From Mobula hypostoma (Eukaryota), in assembly GCF_963921235.1 (NCBI RefSeq), contig NC_086097.1:5890001-5954000 (forward strand): a DNA stretch of 64,000 bases, read 5' to 3'. A program made the translations under genes and the position numbers. Of the stretch, positions 36,005 to 47,366 are shown in pieces (position 1 is the first letter of the stretch; the number at the start of each line of letters is the position of its first letter). The notes under the pieces were generated by a model. That model saw only the letters and a program-made list of their open reading frames with translations. It was not told the DNA's origin and ran no database searches.

Positions 36005-37204
36005 AACCCCAATGTATTATTTCATTTGCAGTATTAAAAAATCATTATTTTACACTTTCTAACATTCCTACTTTTGATCTGTTGAGACATCATACAGTTG
36101 CCTTTTGGGACAATTTTTGGTCTTGTTGCCTGTCTTTGCACCTCCTTTATTTTCTCCTCAACGCAGAACTCATTTGATTTATTCAGAGATACACCGCTGA
36201 ACAGACCCTCCCGGCCCAGTGAGCCGCACCAGCCAGCACCCCTCCGATTAACCCAGGCCAAATCACAGGACCATTCCCACTGACCAATCAGCCAGTCCGT
36301 CTTTGCGCTGTGGGAAGAAACCTATGTGACCACAGAGAGAATGTACGAGCTCCTTACAGATGGCGCCAGAATAGAATTCCGACTCCCTGAGCTGTAATAG
36401 CATCATTTTAACCTCTACGCTACCATGGTGCCTCATGATATTGATGACTGTCTGGTTCCTTAACGTTGTCATAGCGGGGTTGGGGCAGGAGAAGGTTGTG
36501 GGAGTAACCTACCTATTAACTGGCGTGCACCTCAAATAACCTCTGATAGCAAATTCAGTCTTCACGGGTGACTTAGCTACTAAAGCCCAGTACAACTGTT
36601 TCTACTGATAAGAAGCGAGTTACTAGAGACTTAAAACCAATTGCTTTAGGCTGATGGGCCCAGCAGCCATGGCTGGCAGCTCTGATCTTAAACTTCCTCT
36701 GCCTTGCAGCATACCCACTCAAGGAAGTAAAATTCAAGGAAAACTCCAGAGCAGGATTCTGAGTCTGTAAGGCAGCCTGAAGTTGAGTTCAACACTGACT
36801 GGCAACTCCTGTGATGCCACTAGGGTCAAACTATATTGGTCTCTGTTGTTCCTTTGGATTCACTGGCTGCGTGGAGAGGGGAAGCCTGCTGCCTGGGCAA
36901 CAGCTTGCTCTCCACATCATACTGACCTGCCTTGCGTATCACAAAGACAGCTGGGATGCAACATTCATGGCTGACCTCAGCCAACGGAGGGTCAGTCAGA
37001 CATAACTGTCTCCAATGTTTATGAAAGATCACTAAAGCGTTGACTCTGCTTCATTCATTGCAGCTGCTGCCTGACCTACTGAGATTTTTGATCCTTTCTC
37101 CATCGCATTAGCAGCATTGCTGATATTTCTCAGTTCAGATTGGCAACATCATGCAGGCTCGAAGGGCCGAATGGCCTACTTCACCTATTTTCTATGTTTC
37201 TATC

Positions 37205-37677
37205 TCCTCCACTCCCTTGTCCATTCGTCCCCCCCATCCCTCCCCACTGATCTCCCTCCTGGCACTTATCCTTGTAAGCGGAACAAGTGCTACACATGCC
37301 CTTACACTTCCTCCCTTACCACCATTCAGGGCCCCAAACAGTCCTTCCAGGTGAGGCATCACTTCACCTGTGAGTCGACTGGGGTGATATACTGCGTCCG
37401 GTGCTCCCGATGTGGCCTTTTATATATTGGTGAGACCCGACGCAGACTGGGAGACCGCTTTGCTGAACATCTACGCTCTGTCCGCCAGAGAAAGCAGGAT
37501 CTCCCAGTGGCCACACATTTTAATTCCACATCCCATTCCCATTCTGACATGTCTATCCACGGCCTCCTCTACTGTAAAGATGAAGCCACACTCAGGTTGG
37601 AGGAACAACACCTTATATTCCGTATGGGTAGCCTCCAACCTGATGGCATGAACATTGACTTCTCTAACTTCCGCTAG
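37205..37677 (+). CDS. Penelope GIY-YIG endonuclease domain, open frame, N-terminally truncated
   Basis: Part of ORF 37117-37677 with VIY..YIG motifs, the intervening CxxC and the conserved R/H/E/N residues. Confidence 0.8.
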
Positions 37678-37970
37678 GCCCCACCTCCCCCTCGTACCCC
37701 ATCTGTTATTCTTTTTTATGCACACATTCTTTCTCTCACTCTCCTTTTTCTCCCTCTGTCCCTCTGAATATACCTCTTGCCCATCCTCTGGGTCACCCCC
37801 CCCCCGTCTTTCTTCCCTGACCTTCTGTCCCATGATCCTCTCGTATCCCCTTCTGCCTATCACCTGTCCAGCTCTCGGCTCTATCCCTCCCCCTCCTGTC
37901 TTCTCCTATCATTTTGCATCTCCCCCTCCCCCTCCAGCTTTCAAATCCCTTACTCACTCTTCCTTCAGTT

Positions 37971-38006
37971 AGTCCTGACGAAGGGTCTCGGCCTGAAACG
38001 TCGACT
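37971..38006 (+). ncRNA. Minimal type I hammerhead ribozyme (Penelope pLTR), copy 1
   Basis: AGUC-CUGACGA-A-GGGU(CUCG)GCCU-GAAA-CG-UC^GACU: stem I AGUC/GACU, conserved core, palindromic ACGU stem III. Confidence 0.8.
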
Positions 38007-38430
38007 GCGCCTCTTCCTATAGATGCTGCCTGGCCTGCTGCGTTCACCAGCAACTTTGATGTATGTTACCTTATATTCCGTCTGGGTAGCCTCCAACTTG
38101 ATGGCATGAACATTGACTTCTCTAACTTCTGCTAATGCCCCACCTCCCCCTCGTACCCAATCCATTATTTATGTACACACATTCTTTCTCTCTCTCTCCT
38201 TTTTCTCCCTCTCTCCCTCTGACTATACCCCTTGCCCAACCTCTGGGTTTTCCCCCCCTCCCCCTTTTCCTTCTCCCTGAGCCTCCTGTCCCATGATCCT
38301 CTCATATCCCTTTTGCCTATCACCTGTCCAGCTCTTGGCTCCATCCCTCCCCCTCCTGTCTTCTCCTATCATTTTGGATCTCCCCCTCCCTCTCCCACTT
38401 TCAAATCTCTTACTAACTCTTCCTTCAGTT

Positions 38431-38466
38431 AGTCCTGACGAAGGGTCTCGGCCTGAAACGTCGACT
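38431..38466 (+). ncRNA. Minimal type I hammerhead ribozyme, copy 2
   Basis: Identical to copy 1 and 460 nt downstream. Confidence 0.8.
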
Positions 38467-38574
38467 GTACCTCTTCCTACAGATGCTGCCTGGCCTGCTG
38501 CGTTCACCAGCAACTTTGATGTGTGTTGCTTGAATTTCCAGCATCTGCAGAACTCCTCGTGTTTGCGGAGGTAA

Positions 38575-38815
38575 TGAGTGATTTTTTTTTTTAGCCAGGG
38601 AGTAGTGAATCTGTGGAATTCTCTGCCACAGACAGCTGTGGATGCCAAGACCGGGGTATATTTAAAACAAAATATTGATAGTTTCCTGATTTGTCAGGGC
38701 ATCAATGGTTATGGTGAGAAGGTGGGATCAGCAATGATGGAATGGCAGAGCAGACCCAATGGGCTGAGCGGCCTAATTCTGTTCCTATGTCTTATGGTCT
38801 TTTGGTCCTTTGGTC
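38575..38815 (+). mobile_element. CR1 3' fragment
   Basis: FFSQGVVNLWNSLPQTAV and terminal CR1 motifs. Confidence 0.8.
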
Positions 38816-38819
38816 TTTC

Positions 38820-41800
38820 AACCCCAAGATGGCCAGCCGCCACCAGTCCATACAACCACCACAGTACGGTGGAGCAGAGCCTCTGGGGGATCACCAGCTG
38901 CAGGAGATGTCTGTTGCCACCGGGAAACCGCCACTGCCCGTACAGCCACCCGTCGCACACCTCCAGCATGCCCCGCTGGGATTATAGGGCTTTGGTCTCT
39001 GGGTCCAGGACGGAGACCTCTCCCACCCACATTCAGCTGCCTCCTCAACCAGGCCAGCATGGGATCAGTCACCTGCTCGCTGCGCAGTGGCCGGTGGTCA
39101 GTGGTGGGGAGGTCTACCTGAGGTACCGCCTCTGCTGCTTGCCCTCCGCTCCTCTCCTCCAGGCGGCGACAGTAGTGACACTGGGTGGCCTCACAGGATC
39201 GGCGAGGGAGGGTGTCAGCGTTGTCGTGGTGCCTTCCGGCACCGTGCTGTTTCTCAAAATCAGAGCCCCTTGGGACCATGGGAGATCAATGGCCAGGTCA
39301 GTGACGTGTGGTCCGTGTGAAGCAGGAACCATTGGCTGAAGAGGCAGGCGTGGAAGTGTTGGAGGGCTTGGACCACGGCCAAGAGCTCCTGGATGGTGAT
39401 ACAATCACAACCCAGGGTGTGGTTGAAGTGCGCCACAGTGCCTTTTCCTTGGTCCCCCTCCTGTGACAGGCCACGCCGACCCCCACCCCCTCCCCCCATT
39501 GCTGGTGTCTGTGTCAACAATGAATCGGGGTACGTCAACACTGGGGCCTGGGTGACCACATCTCAGAGCTCATCGAAGGCTGCAGTGCAGGTGTGAGTTC
39601 AGGTGAGGGGCCTCCCCTTCTTGCTGAGCTGGTGCAGGGAATTGGTGATGGTGGCAACAGTAAACTGGCTGCAGAACGATGCCAGCCCCAGGAAACCACC
39701 ACCTTTTCAGGGGCAGTCCTCGCTACTTCTTCCAAAGTTCGTCTGCCGGTGAAGCAGAGAGAATTTTGTGGGGTTGAGGGTAGGTTTGCCTGGCAGACGC
39801 TGGCGAAAACCTCTTCCAAGATCCGCAGGGCATCATCAAAAAAGAAAGCATACACTAGGAGATCACCCAAATAGATGACAGAGTATGTGATCCTGCGCCC
39901 TCTCCATCAGTCTCTCAAATGTGGCCCGGGCCTTACACAAGCCAAACGGCATCACCCGGAAGTGCCACAGCCCTGGTCCAATGGTGAAGGCAGCCTTGGG
40001 CCGGGCCTCCAGGCCCAGTTTGACCTGCCAGTAGCCACTGCGGAGAGCAAGAGAGCTGAACCAGGTTGAGCCTGTGATACAGTCCAGGGCATCAACACAA
40101 ACACAAGGAAATATGCCGATGCTGGAAATTCAAGCAACACACGTCAAAGTTGCTGGTGAACGCAGCAGGTCAGGCAGCCTGGCCTGCTGCATACACCAGC
40201 AACTTTGATGTGTGTTGGCAGAGCATCATCAGTTAGGGACAGCGGGTAGGAATCCTCCTGGGTCAGTCCATTAAGATGGCAGTAGTCTACGCAGTACCGC
40301 CACGATCCGTCTTTCTTCCTGACCAGCTCCACTGGAGCTGCCCATGGGCTATCGGAGGACTTGATGATGCTTACTGCTGCCATCTCTTTGATCCATTGCT
40401 CTGCTTCCTGACATTTGGTGAGGGCCAAGCAATGGGGCTGCAGGCGGCTGGACTTGACGTTGCCGGTGATAATGTGGTGCTGGACAAGTCCCGTGTGTCT
40501 GCAGTCCTTGTCCTTGACTGCAAAGATGTTGAGATGCTCGTCCAAGAGATCCTTTAGCCATCGCCGCTGGTCCTGATCCAAGCCCCTCACTCCTCCGCTG
40601 CCATAGCCCTCGCACTGCCAGGATAGTCTCACTGGAGGGTGTCGCAGTAGTGCTGCTGATATTGCTGTGTTGCACCAATGCAGTTGCTGATGACAGGGGC
40701 AGGGTGAGCTGCACTGTTGGTGGCCGGTACTGGTTGTTGCTGCGGCCAGCTGGAGCTGCCCCGCTGGAGGGCTTTGGCCAAGGTTGAGAGTTGCCCCTGA
40801 CAAATCTGCACAGGCTCCGCAGCAGGACAGCAGGTCAGCAGGCCAATGATGCAGGGCTCCCGGATGTCGGCAAACCACACCTCATGCTCCGCTGTGCTTC
40901 TGCCCACTGTGTTGTCCAGCCTCCTCTACCCTCTCATCGCCACACGATCGCCATAGTCAGCTGGACCGCCATCATTGTCCACCAGGTGTGATGGTTGGTC
41001 CATATTGGGAAGGACACCTGGAGGTTAGATGGTAGTGGTTGACCCCATGTCCACCAACGCACGGCATATGATGCACTCCACCACGCAGTCCACACATAAG
41101 CCTGGCTCTTCATCCAAATGGCCCACCCGGAGGGCGACAATGCCGGGATTCTGCTGGAGGCACTGAGTGGTGCTTCCCTCATGGCACTGCCCGTTCGGCA
41201 TTTCCCAATGGCTGCACTGGGCTGTGGCGTGGTGCAGGTGTGGGGCAGTTCCGGGCCACGTGGCCAGCCTCGCCACACCGGTAGCAGAGATCGCTTCATG
41301 GCATGTGGTGGTATTGGTCAGACCTGCCTCACCAGCTCCTCCTTGTCAGTTTCCTCCTCTGCCTTGATGACACAAGCCTGGGATCCTAGCATGTGGGGGC
41401 GACACTGGAATGTCATGGGGGACTAAAATAGCTTCTGCTCTCTCCGACCACGCCAGTGCCTTGCCAGCAATGATGGTGATGTAAGGTGAACACGCTGGCA
41501 AAGGCACTCTGGCATCAATGCCTTTACAAAGGCGTAGAGGACAAGCTCTTCCTGGGCTGTGGGAGGGAACTGGGTGGGGGGGGGGTGACCATGCCAAGCA
41601 CAGTGGTGAAGATCTACCGCCACGTTTTCTCCCACACCCCACCATCTGCTGCCCAGCTTTTCCCTCACGGCTGCGGAGTCGTGAGTTCCCCGGTGCAATG
41701 CACAGAGATGGAGGGTGATGCGATCCACTGTGTACCTGGTTTGAGCAACTTGGGTATGCTCACTCCGTTGGGGTCCCCTGGGAAGGCATGATGCCCGGTA

Positions 41801-42306
41801 ACAGGTCCTCCCTCCAGGTTGGTATGCCATCTTCAGGAGTCTGGCCTGGGGCGCGGAGGAAGTATCTTGCTCGGTCTCCTGACTTATTTTTCCCGGGTCT
41901 GAAGGTGCTCCAACCAACATCGTAGCTCTTGAATCTCACCGTCTATTTCTAATCCCAGTCCTGACACCAATGATGACTAACAAGAAAAGCTTGCTTAACT
42001 TAACTGCTGCTGTTATTGGAATAACACAAAAACAGACTGGGCACACTGATCCAGGGAGAGAACTACTCATTCTCTTACAGACGGGGTAGGTGATTATCAC
42101 ACACTATGGTTACAGTTAGGGTGAACCACATACACACAAATGAATAACTGTATTACCCAAGTTAAAATGTAACAATAAATTAACTTGAGCATCCCACCAT
42201 AATCCCACAAGAACAATATATAGCGCTGGCCACCAGGAATGCTAGGGTGGGGTTTCAAGCATGCCCACCTCCCTGTGCGTCCCCCCCCCCCCCCCGGAGC
42301 ACCACA
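38820..42306 (-). mobile_element. Decayed GC-rich Gypsy LTR retrotransposon: 5' LTR 41971-42306, tRNA-Leu PBS, gag-PR-RT-RH and the start of the INT region
   Basis: LTR TGTGG...ATCA; PBS TGGTGTCAGGACTGGGAT (41952-41969); CYRCGEAGHVARNC; ALVDMGS; SDSPWAAPVELVRKKDGSWRYCVDY; QAPVLTYPD; HTDHTSLTW; HDNADTLPR. Confidence 0.9.
40095..40218. mobile_element. Fold-back mini-Penelope insertion in the Gypsy RT
   Basis: CAG(G/A)GCATCA at 40085-40094 and 40219-40228; inverted arms CAACACAC.TCAAAGTTGCTGGTG / CACCAGCAACTTTGATGTGTGTTG. Confidence 0.8.
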
Positions 42307-43148
42307 ATACTATTCTATAGATTTGCAGAGTATGCACTCAAGAAAATGGATCTCAGAGTTGTGTATGGTGACACATAAGTACTTTGATAATAAAATTTAC
42401 TTTGAACTTTGTAACTAGAATTTTGCCTTTAGAGGTGGTATGTCATGTTGCCAGTAATGCTGGACTTTTATCTCCAGAAGGAGAAATAAATAGTTACAAT
42501 CTCCCCCAAGACCTCTTGGCAAAGATATATGGAAAAGATAGAGAATATCCATTTTTCCTGTTGTAGAAAATTTCATTGTCAGTACAGACTTTTAGAAGCT
42601 TCAATAGAAACTTTAATGAAATCCAAAGATGTTTAAAAAGTTTTTATAAATAAATTAGACTTTATCATGAAGAAATGTGTAACTTTGATTTACTGTACAT
42701 TTAAAAATGAGCTTGACTTGAACTTTAAACATTTCAGTCATCAAGAAAAGAAGTCTATTTTTGCAATATGCATTGTGAGATATTCTAATTGATTTGGTTT
42801 GCCAAAGTCCCATCCCTCAATAACTTTTTAGGTTCTTCAATAGTTTTCAAATGATCACTTGTCTGAAATGTTCCTTCTGCTCTTCTATCTACAGATTCGA
42901 TTTGACCTGCTATGTACTACGACACTTCCCATGCACCAATCACAATTCCAGCACCCATGGATTTTTGTTTTGGTTCAGAGTCGTACAGAAATACTTCACT
43001 GAGTTCCAACTTTGAATGAACAACGTGGAGATTGGAGCCAGAGAGATAAAAGATCTTCATGCAACATAACAAACAGTCCTTCTGGAAGAATTTATTTGAA
43101 GAATCTCATTTAACTCAATGGACCTTGATGTTTTATACTCTTCAAATA

Positions 43149-46025
43149 CATGTTGAGCTCCCCTTATCTGAAAATCACAAAATCTGAAAACCTCCAAAAC
43201 CCAGTTTTTTTTTTGAGTGCTGACCTGATGCCACAAGGGGAAATTCCACAAGACTGGCGAGGTTGTCAGGTGATGCGTAGGTCTTTGTGTACCACAGACA
43301 GTTCTGAGTCGTGACCTCACAGACCCTGAATAGGGTTCTGTTGGCACCACTTTGTTTTCAGCGGTGATCATAGCCAAACTTTTCTGCATTATTTTATGTG
43401 CTTTGTGCTTATTCTCAGCTTTGTGCTGTGAAGCTATTGTTGGAAATGTCGAAAAGTCCTGCAGTTATTCCTATAGATAATAGTGAAAAGAAAAATAGGA
43501 AGCATTTATCTAAAGCACATTTATGTATCCATGACACATCCTTTCATTATATTAATGGCATGTAATGAGCTTTACTGTGAAGTAGATGTGTGTGATGAAC
43601 AAATGTAAGACAAAGACTGCTTACCAGTAACACATAAATTCAGAGTCGGAAATGATGACAATGCCAATGAGCCACTGACTCTCCAACAGGGCGGCTGAGG
43701 TAGTGATGGTTCAATATATACATTATTGTTTCATGCACAGGGTTATTAAAAATATTATTAAAATTATCTTCAAGCTGTATATAGAAACATAGAAACATAG
43801 AAAATAGGTGCAGGAGTAGGCCATTCACTACCCTGCACTAGCCTTCCCTCCATACCCAGAGAATTCCACAGATTCACCACTCTCTGTGTGAAGAAGTTTT
43901 TCCTAATATCGGTCCTAAAAGGCTTCCCCTTTATCCTCAAACTGTGGCCCCTCGTTCTGGACTTCCCCAACATCGGGAACAATCTTCCTGCATCTAGCCT
44001 GTCCAATCCCTTTAGTATTTTATACGTTTCAATCAGATCCCCCCTCAATCTTCTAAATTCCAACGAGTACAAGCCCAGTTCATCCAGTCTTTCTTCATAT
44101 GAAAGTCCTGCCATCCCAGGAATCAATCTGGTGAACCTTCTTTGTATTCCCTCTACGGCAAAGATGTCTTTCCTCAGATTAGGGGACCAAAACTGCACAC
44201 AATACTCCAGGTGTGGTCTCACCAAGGCCTTGTACAACTGCAGTAGTACCTCCCTGCTCCTGTACTCGAATCCTCTCGCTATAAATGCCAGCATACCATT
44301 CGCCTTTTTCACCGCCTGCTGTACCTGCATGCCCACTTTCAATGACTGGTGTATAATGACACCCAGGTCTCGTTGCACCTCCCCTTTTCCTAATTGGCCA
44401 CCATTCAGATAATAATCTGTTTTCCTATTTTTGCCACCAAAGTGGATAACTTCACATTTATCCACATTAAATTGCATCTGCCATGAATTTGCCCACTCAC
44501 CCAACCTATCCAAGTCACTCTGCATCCTCTTAGCATCCTCCTCACAGCTAACACTGCCACCCAGCTTCGTGTCATCCACAAACTTGGAGATGCTGCATTT
44601 AATTCCCTCATCCAAGTCGTTAATATATATTGTAAACAACTGGGGTCCCAGCACTGAGCCTTGCGGTACCCCACTAGTCACTGCCTGCCATTCTGAAAAG
44701 GTCCCGTTTATTCCCACTCTTTGCTTCCTGTCTGCCAACCAATGCTCTATCCACATCAATACCTTACCCCCAATACCGTGTGCTTTAAATTTGCACACTA
44801 ATCTCCTGTGTGGGACCTTGTCAAAAGCCTTTTGAAAATCCAAATATACCACATCCACTGGTTCTTCCCTATCCACTCTACTAGTTACATCCTCAAAAAA
44901 TTCTATGAGATTCGTCAGACATGATTTTCCTTTCACAAATCCATGCTGACTTTGTCCGATGATTTCACCGCTTTCCAAATGTGCTGTTATCACATCCTTG
45001 ATAACTGACTCCAGCAGTTTACCCACCACCGACGTTAGGCTAACCTGTCTATAATTCCCCGGTTTCTCTCTCCCTCCTTTTTTAAAAAGTGGAGTTACAT
45101 TAGCCACCCTCCAATCCTCAGGAACTAGTCCAGAATCTAATGAGTTTTGAAAAATTATCACTAATGCATCCACTATTTCTTGGGCTACTTCTTTAAGCAC
45201 TCTAGGATGCAGACCATCTGGCCCTGGGGATTTATCTGCCTTCAATCCCTTCAATTTACCTAACACCACTTCCCTACTAACAAGTATTTCACTCAGTTCC
45301 TCCATCTCACTGGACCCTCTGTCCCCTACTATTTCTGGAAGATTATTTATGTCCTCCTTAGTGAAGACAGAACCAAAGTAATTATTCAATTGGTCTGCCA
45401 TGTCCTTGCTCCCCATAATCAATTCACCTGTTTCTGTCTGTAGGGGACCTACATTTGTCTTTACCAGTCTTTTCCTTTTTACATATCTATAAAAGCTTTT
45501 ACAGTCAGTTTTTATGTTCCCTGCCAGTTTTCTCTCATAATCTTTTTTCCCCTTCCTAATTAAGCCCTTTGTCCTCCTCTGCTGAACTCTGAATTTCTCC
45601 CAGTCCTCAGGTGAGCCACTTTTTCTGGCTAATTTGTATGCTTCTTCTTTGGAATTGATACTATCCCTAATTTCTCTTGTCAGCCACGGGTGCACTACCT
45701 TCCTTGATTTATTCTTTTGCCAAACTGGGATGAACAATTGTTGTAGTTCATCCATGCAATCCTTAAATGCTTGCCATTGCATATCCACCGTCAATCCTTT
45801 AAGTGTCATTTGCCAGTCTATCTTAGCTAATTCATGTCTCATACCTTCAAAGTTACCCCTTTTTAAGTTCAGAACCTATGTAATGTAAATGGACTTTGTG
45901 TTTAGATTTGGGTTCCATCCCAAGGTATCTCATTATATATATGCAAATATTCCAAAATCTGCAAATAATCTGAAATCTGAAACACTTCCTGCCCCAGGCA
46001 TTTTGGATAAGGGGTGCTCAGTCGA
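43149..46025 (+). mobile_element. Tigger4/Zombi-like pogo DNA transposon derivative, split by a CR1
   Basis: TA flanks (43147-43148, 46026-46027); TIRs CATGTTGAGCTCCCCTTATCTGAAA / TTTTGGATAAGGGGTGCTCAGTCGA; transposase start MSKSPAVIPIDNSEKKNRKHL at 43446. Confidence 0.8.
43781..45876 (-). mobile_element. Young 5'-truncated CR1 with an uninterrupted 690-aa RT frame (43770-45842)
   Basis: KSPGPDGLHPRVLKE..QHGF..LDFQKAFD..SGVPQGSVLGP..FVDDTK; 3' internal deletions relative to 51659-53934. Confidence 0.95.
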
Positions 46026-46079
46026 TAGTGAATAAATTGAGCCTCAACCTCAGCACTCTGGGATTCTGCAAATGCTGTT

Positions 46080-46575
46080 TGAGTCATAGAGTCACAGAAA
46101 AGTACAGCACAGAAACAGGTCCTTTGGCCCATCTAGTCCATGCCAAACCTGCCTAGCCCCATTGTCCTGCACCCGGACCATAGTCCTTCATGTCCGTGCT
46201 ATCACTTACCTATCCAAACCTCTCTTAAACATTGAAATCAGGCTTGCATGTACCATATTCATTGGTAGCTTGTTCCACACTCTCACCACCCTTTGTGAAG
46301 AAGTTTCCCCTCATGCTCCCTTTAAACTTTCACCCCTTAACCCATGACCTCTGGCTGCATTCCCACCCAACCTCAGTGAAAAAAAGTCTGTTTGCACTTA
46401 ACTTATCTATACCCCTCATAATTTTGTATACCTCTATCAAATCTCCCCTCAATCTTCTATGTTCCAAGAAATAAAGTTCAAACTATTCAATCTTTCCTTA
46501 TAACTCAGGTCATCCAGTCCTGGCAACTTCCTTGTGAATTTTATCTGTACTCTTTCACTCTTGCTTACATCCTGT
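46080..46575 (-). mobile_element. CR1 3' fragment
   Basis: (GAGTCATA) tail then AGAAAAGTACAGCACAGAAACAGG; colinear with ~14110-14610. Confidence 0.8.
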
Positions 46576-47366
46576 GTTGTAGAATTTCATATTTGGATTG
46601 GGAGCACATTACAATTAGAAAGAACATAAACGTTCTTGCTAGGAAATCAGATACCCAAAATAACTGTCTTTTATACTGCATTGAAAGATGCCTTTCTGCA
46701 GATATCGGTATTTATTCATTGAAGATTAAAGTTTGGTTCTTATTTATATTAACTGGCTGCTACTCCAATAACTTCTGAAAGATATCACCCACCAAACAAT
46801 CCCTGAAATGGTCACGAATGCTGCCAAATAATTCAAAGTAAATTTATTATCAAAGTACATATATGTCACCATAGACAACCCTGAGATTCGTTTTTTGCTG
46901 GTATACTCAATAATCATTATCATCTTCATTATATGCCATGTTGTATGACTGATGCAATCATGGATTTTGACCATGATTGTTCTTGAAAAATTTTTCTGCA
47001 GAATTGGCTTGTCATTGCCTCATGCGTGGGCAGCGTCTTTGCAAGACGGGTGACTCCAGCCATTATCAATACTCTTCAGAGATTGTCTGCCTGGCATCTG
47101 TGGTCGCACAACCAGGACTTGTGATGTGCACCAGCTGCATACATGGTCACCCACCACTTGCTCTCATGGTTTCACGTGACCCTGATTGGGGTGGGGTGAG
47201 GGCTAAGCACGTGCTACACCTTGCTCAAAAGTGACCCAGAGGCTGGCGGGGGTAAGAAGTGCTTTACACTTCCTTTAGTACAGACACATCTCAAATCTGC
47301 CATCTGAATTCTCAATAAATCCATAGGTAATTCCATTCTTCTTCTCCCTTTCCCCACAGTATCAAC

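Larger units (their letters stand above)
37205..38565 (+). mobile_element. Penelope-like element, 5'-truncated: GIY-YIG endonuclease end and tandem pseudo-LTRs (37610-38066; 38068-38565)
   Basis: GTYPCKRNKCYTC..FTCESTGVIYCVRCSRCGLLYIGETRRRLGDRFAEH..PVATHFN..EQHLIFRMGSLQPDGMN; the direct repeat begins ACCTTATATTCCGT at 37610 and 38068. Confidence 0.93.

Noticed and set aside
38578..39339. 253-aa ORF as a novel gene
   Set aside because: It is a CR1 tail running into the antisense strand of the GC-rich Gypsy pol.
42420..42570. Candidate exon in unique sequence
   Set aside because: Frames are open on both strands, but there is no convincing donor site or recognisable protein.
43888..44835. Plus-strand ORFs (174 aa, 134 aa) and similar ones at 52145-52963 and 16535-18237
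   Set aside because: They are antisense shadows of CR1 ORFs.
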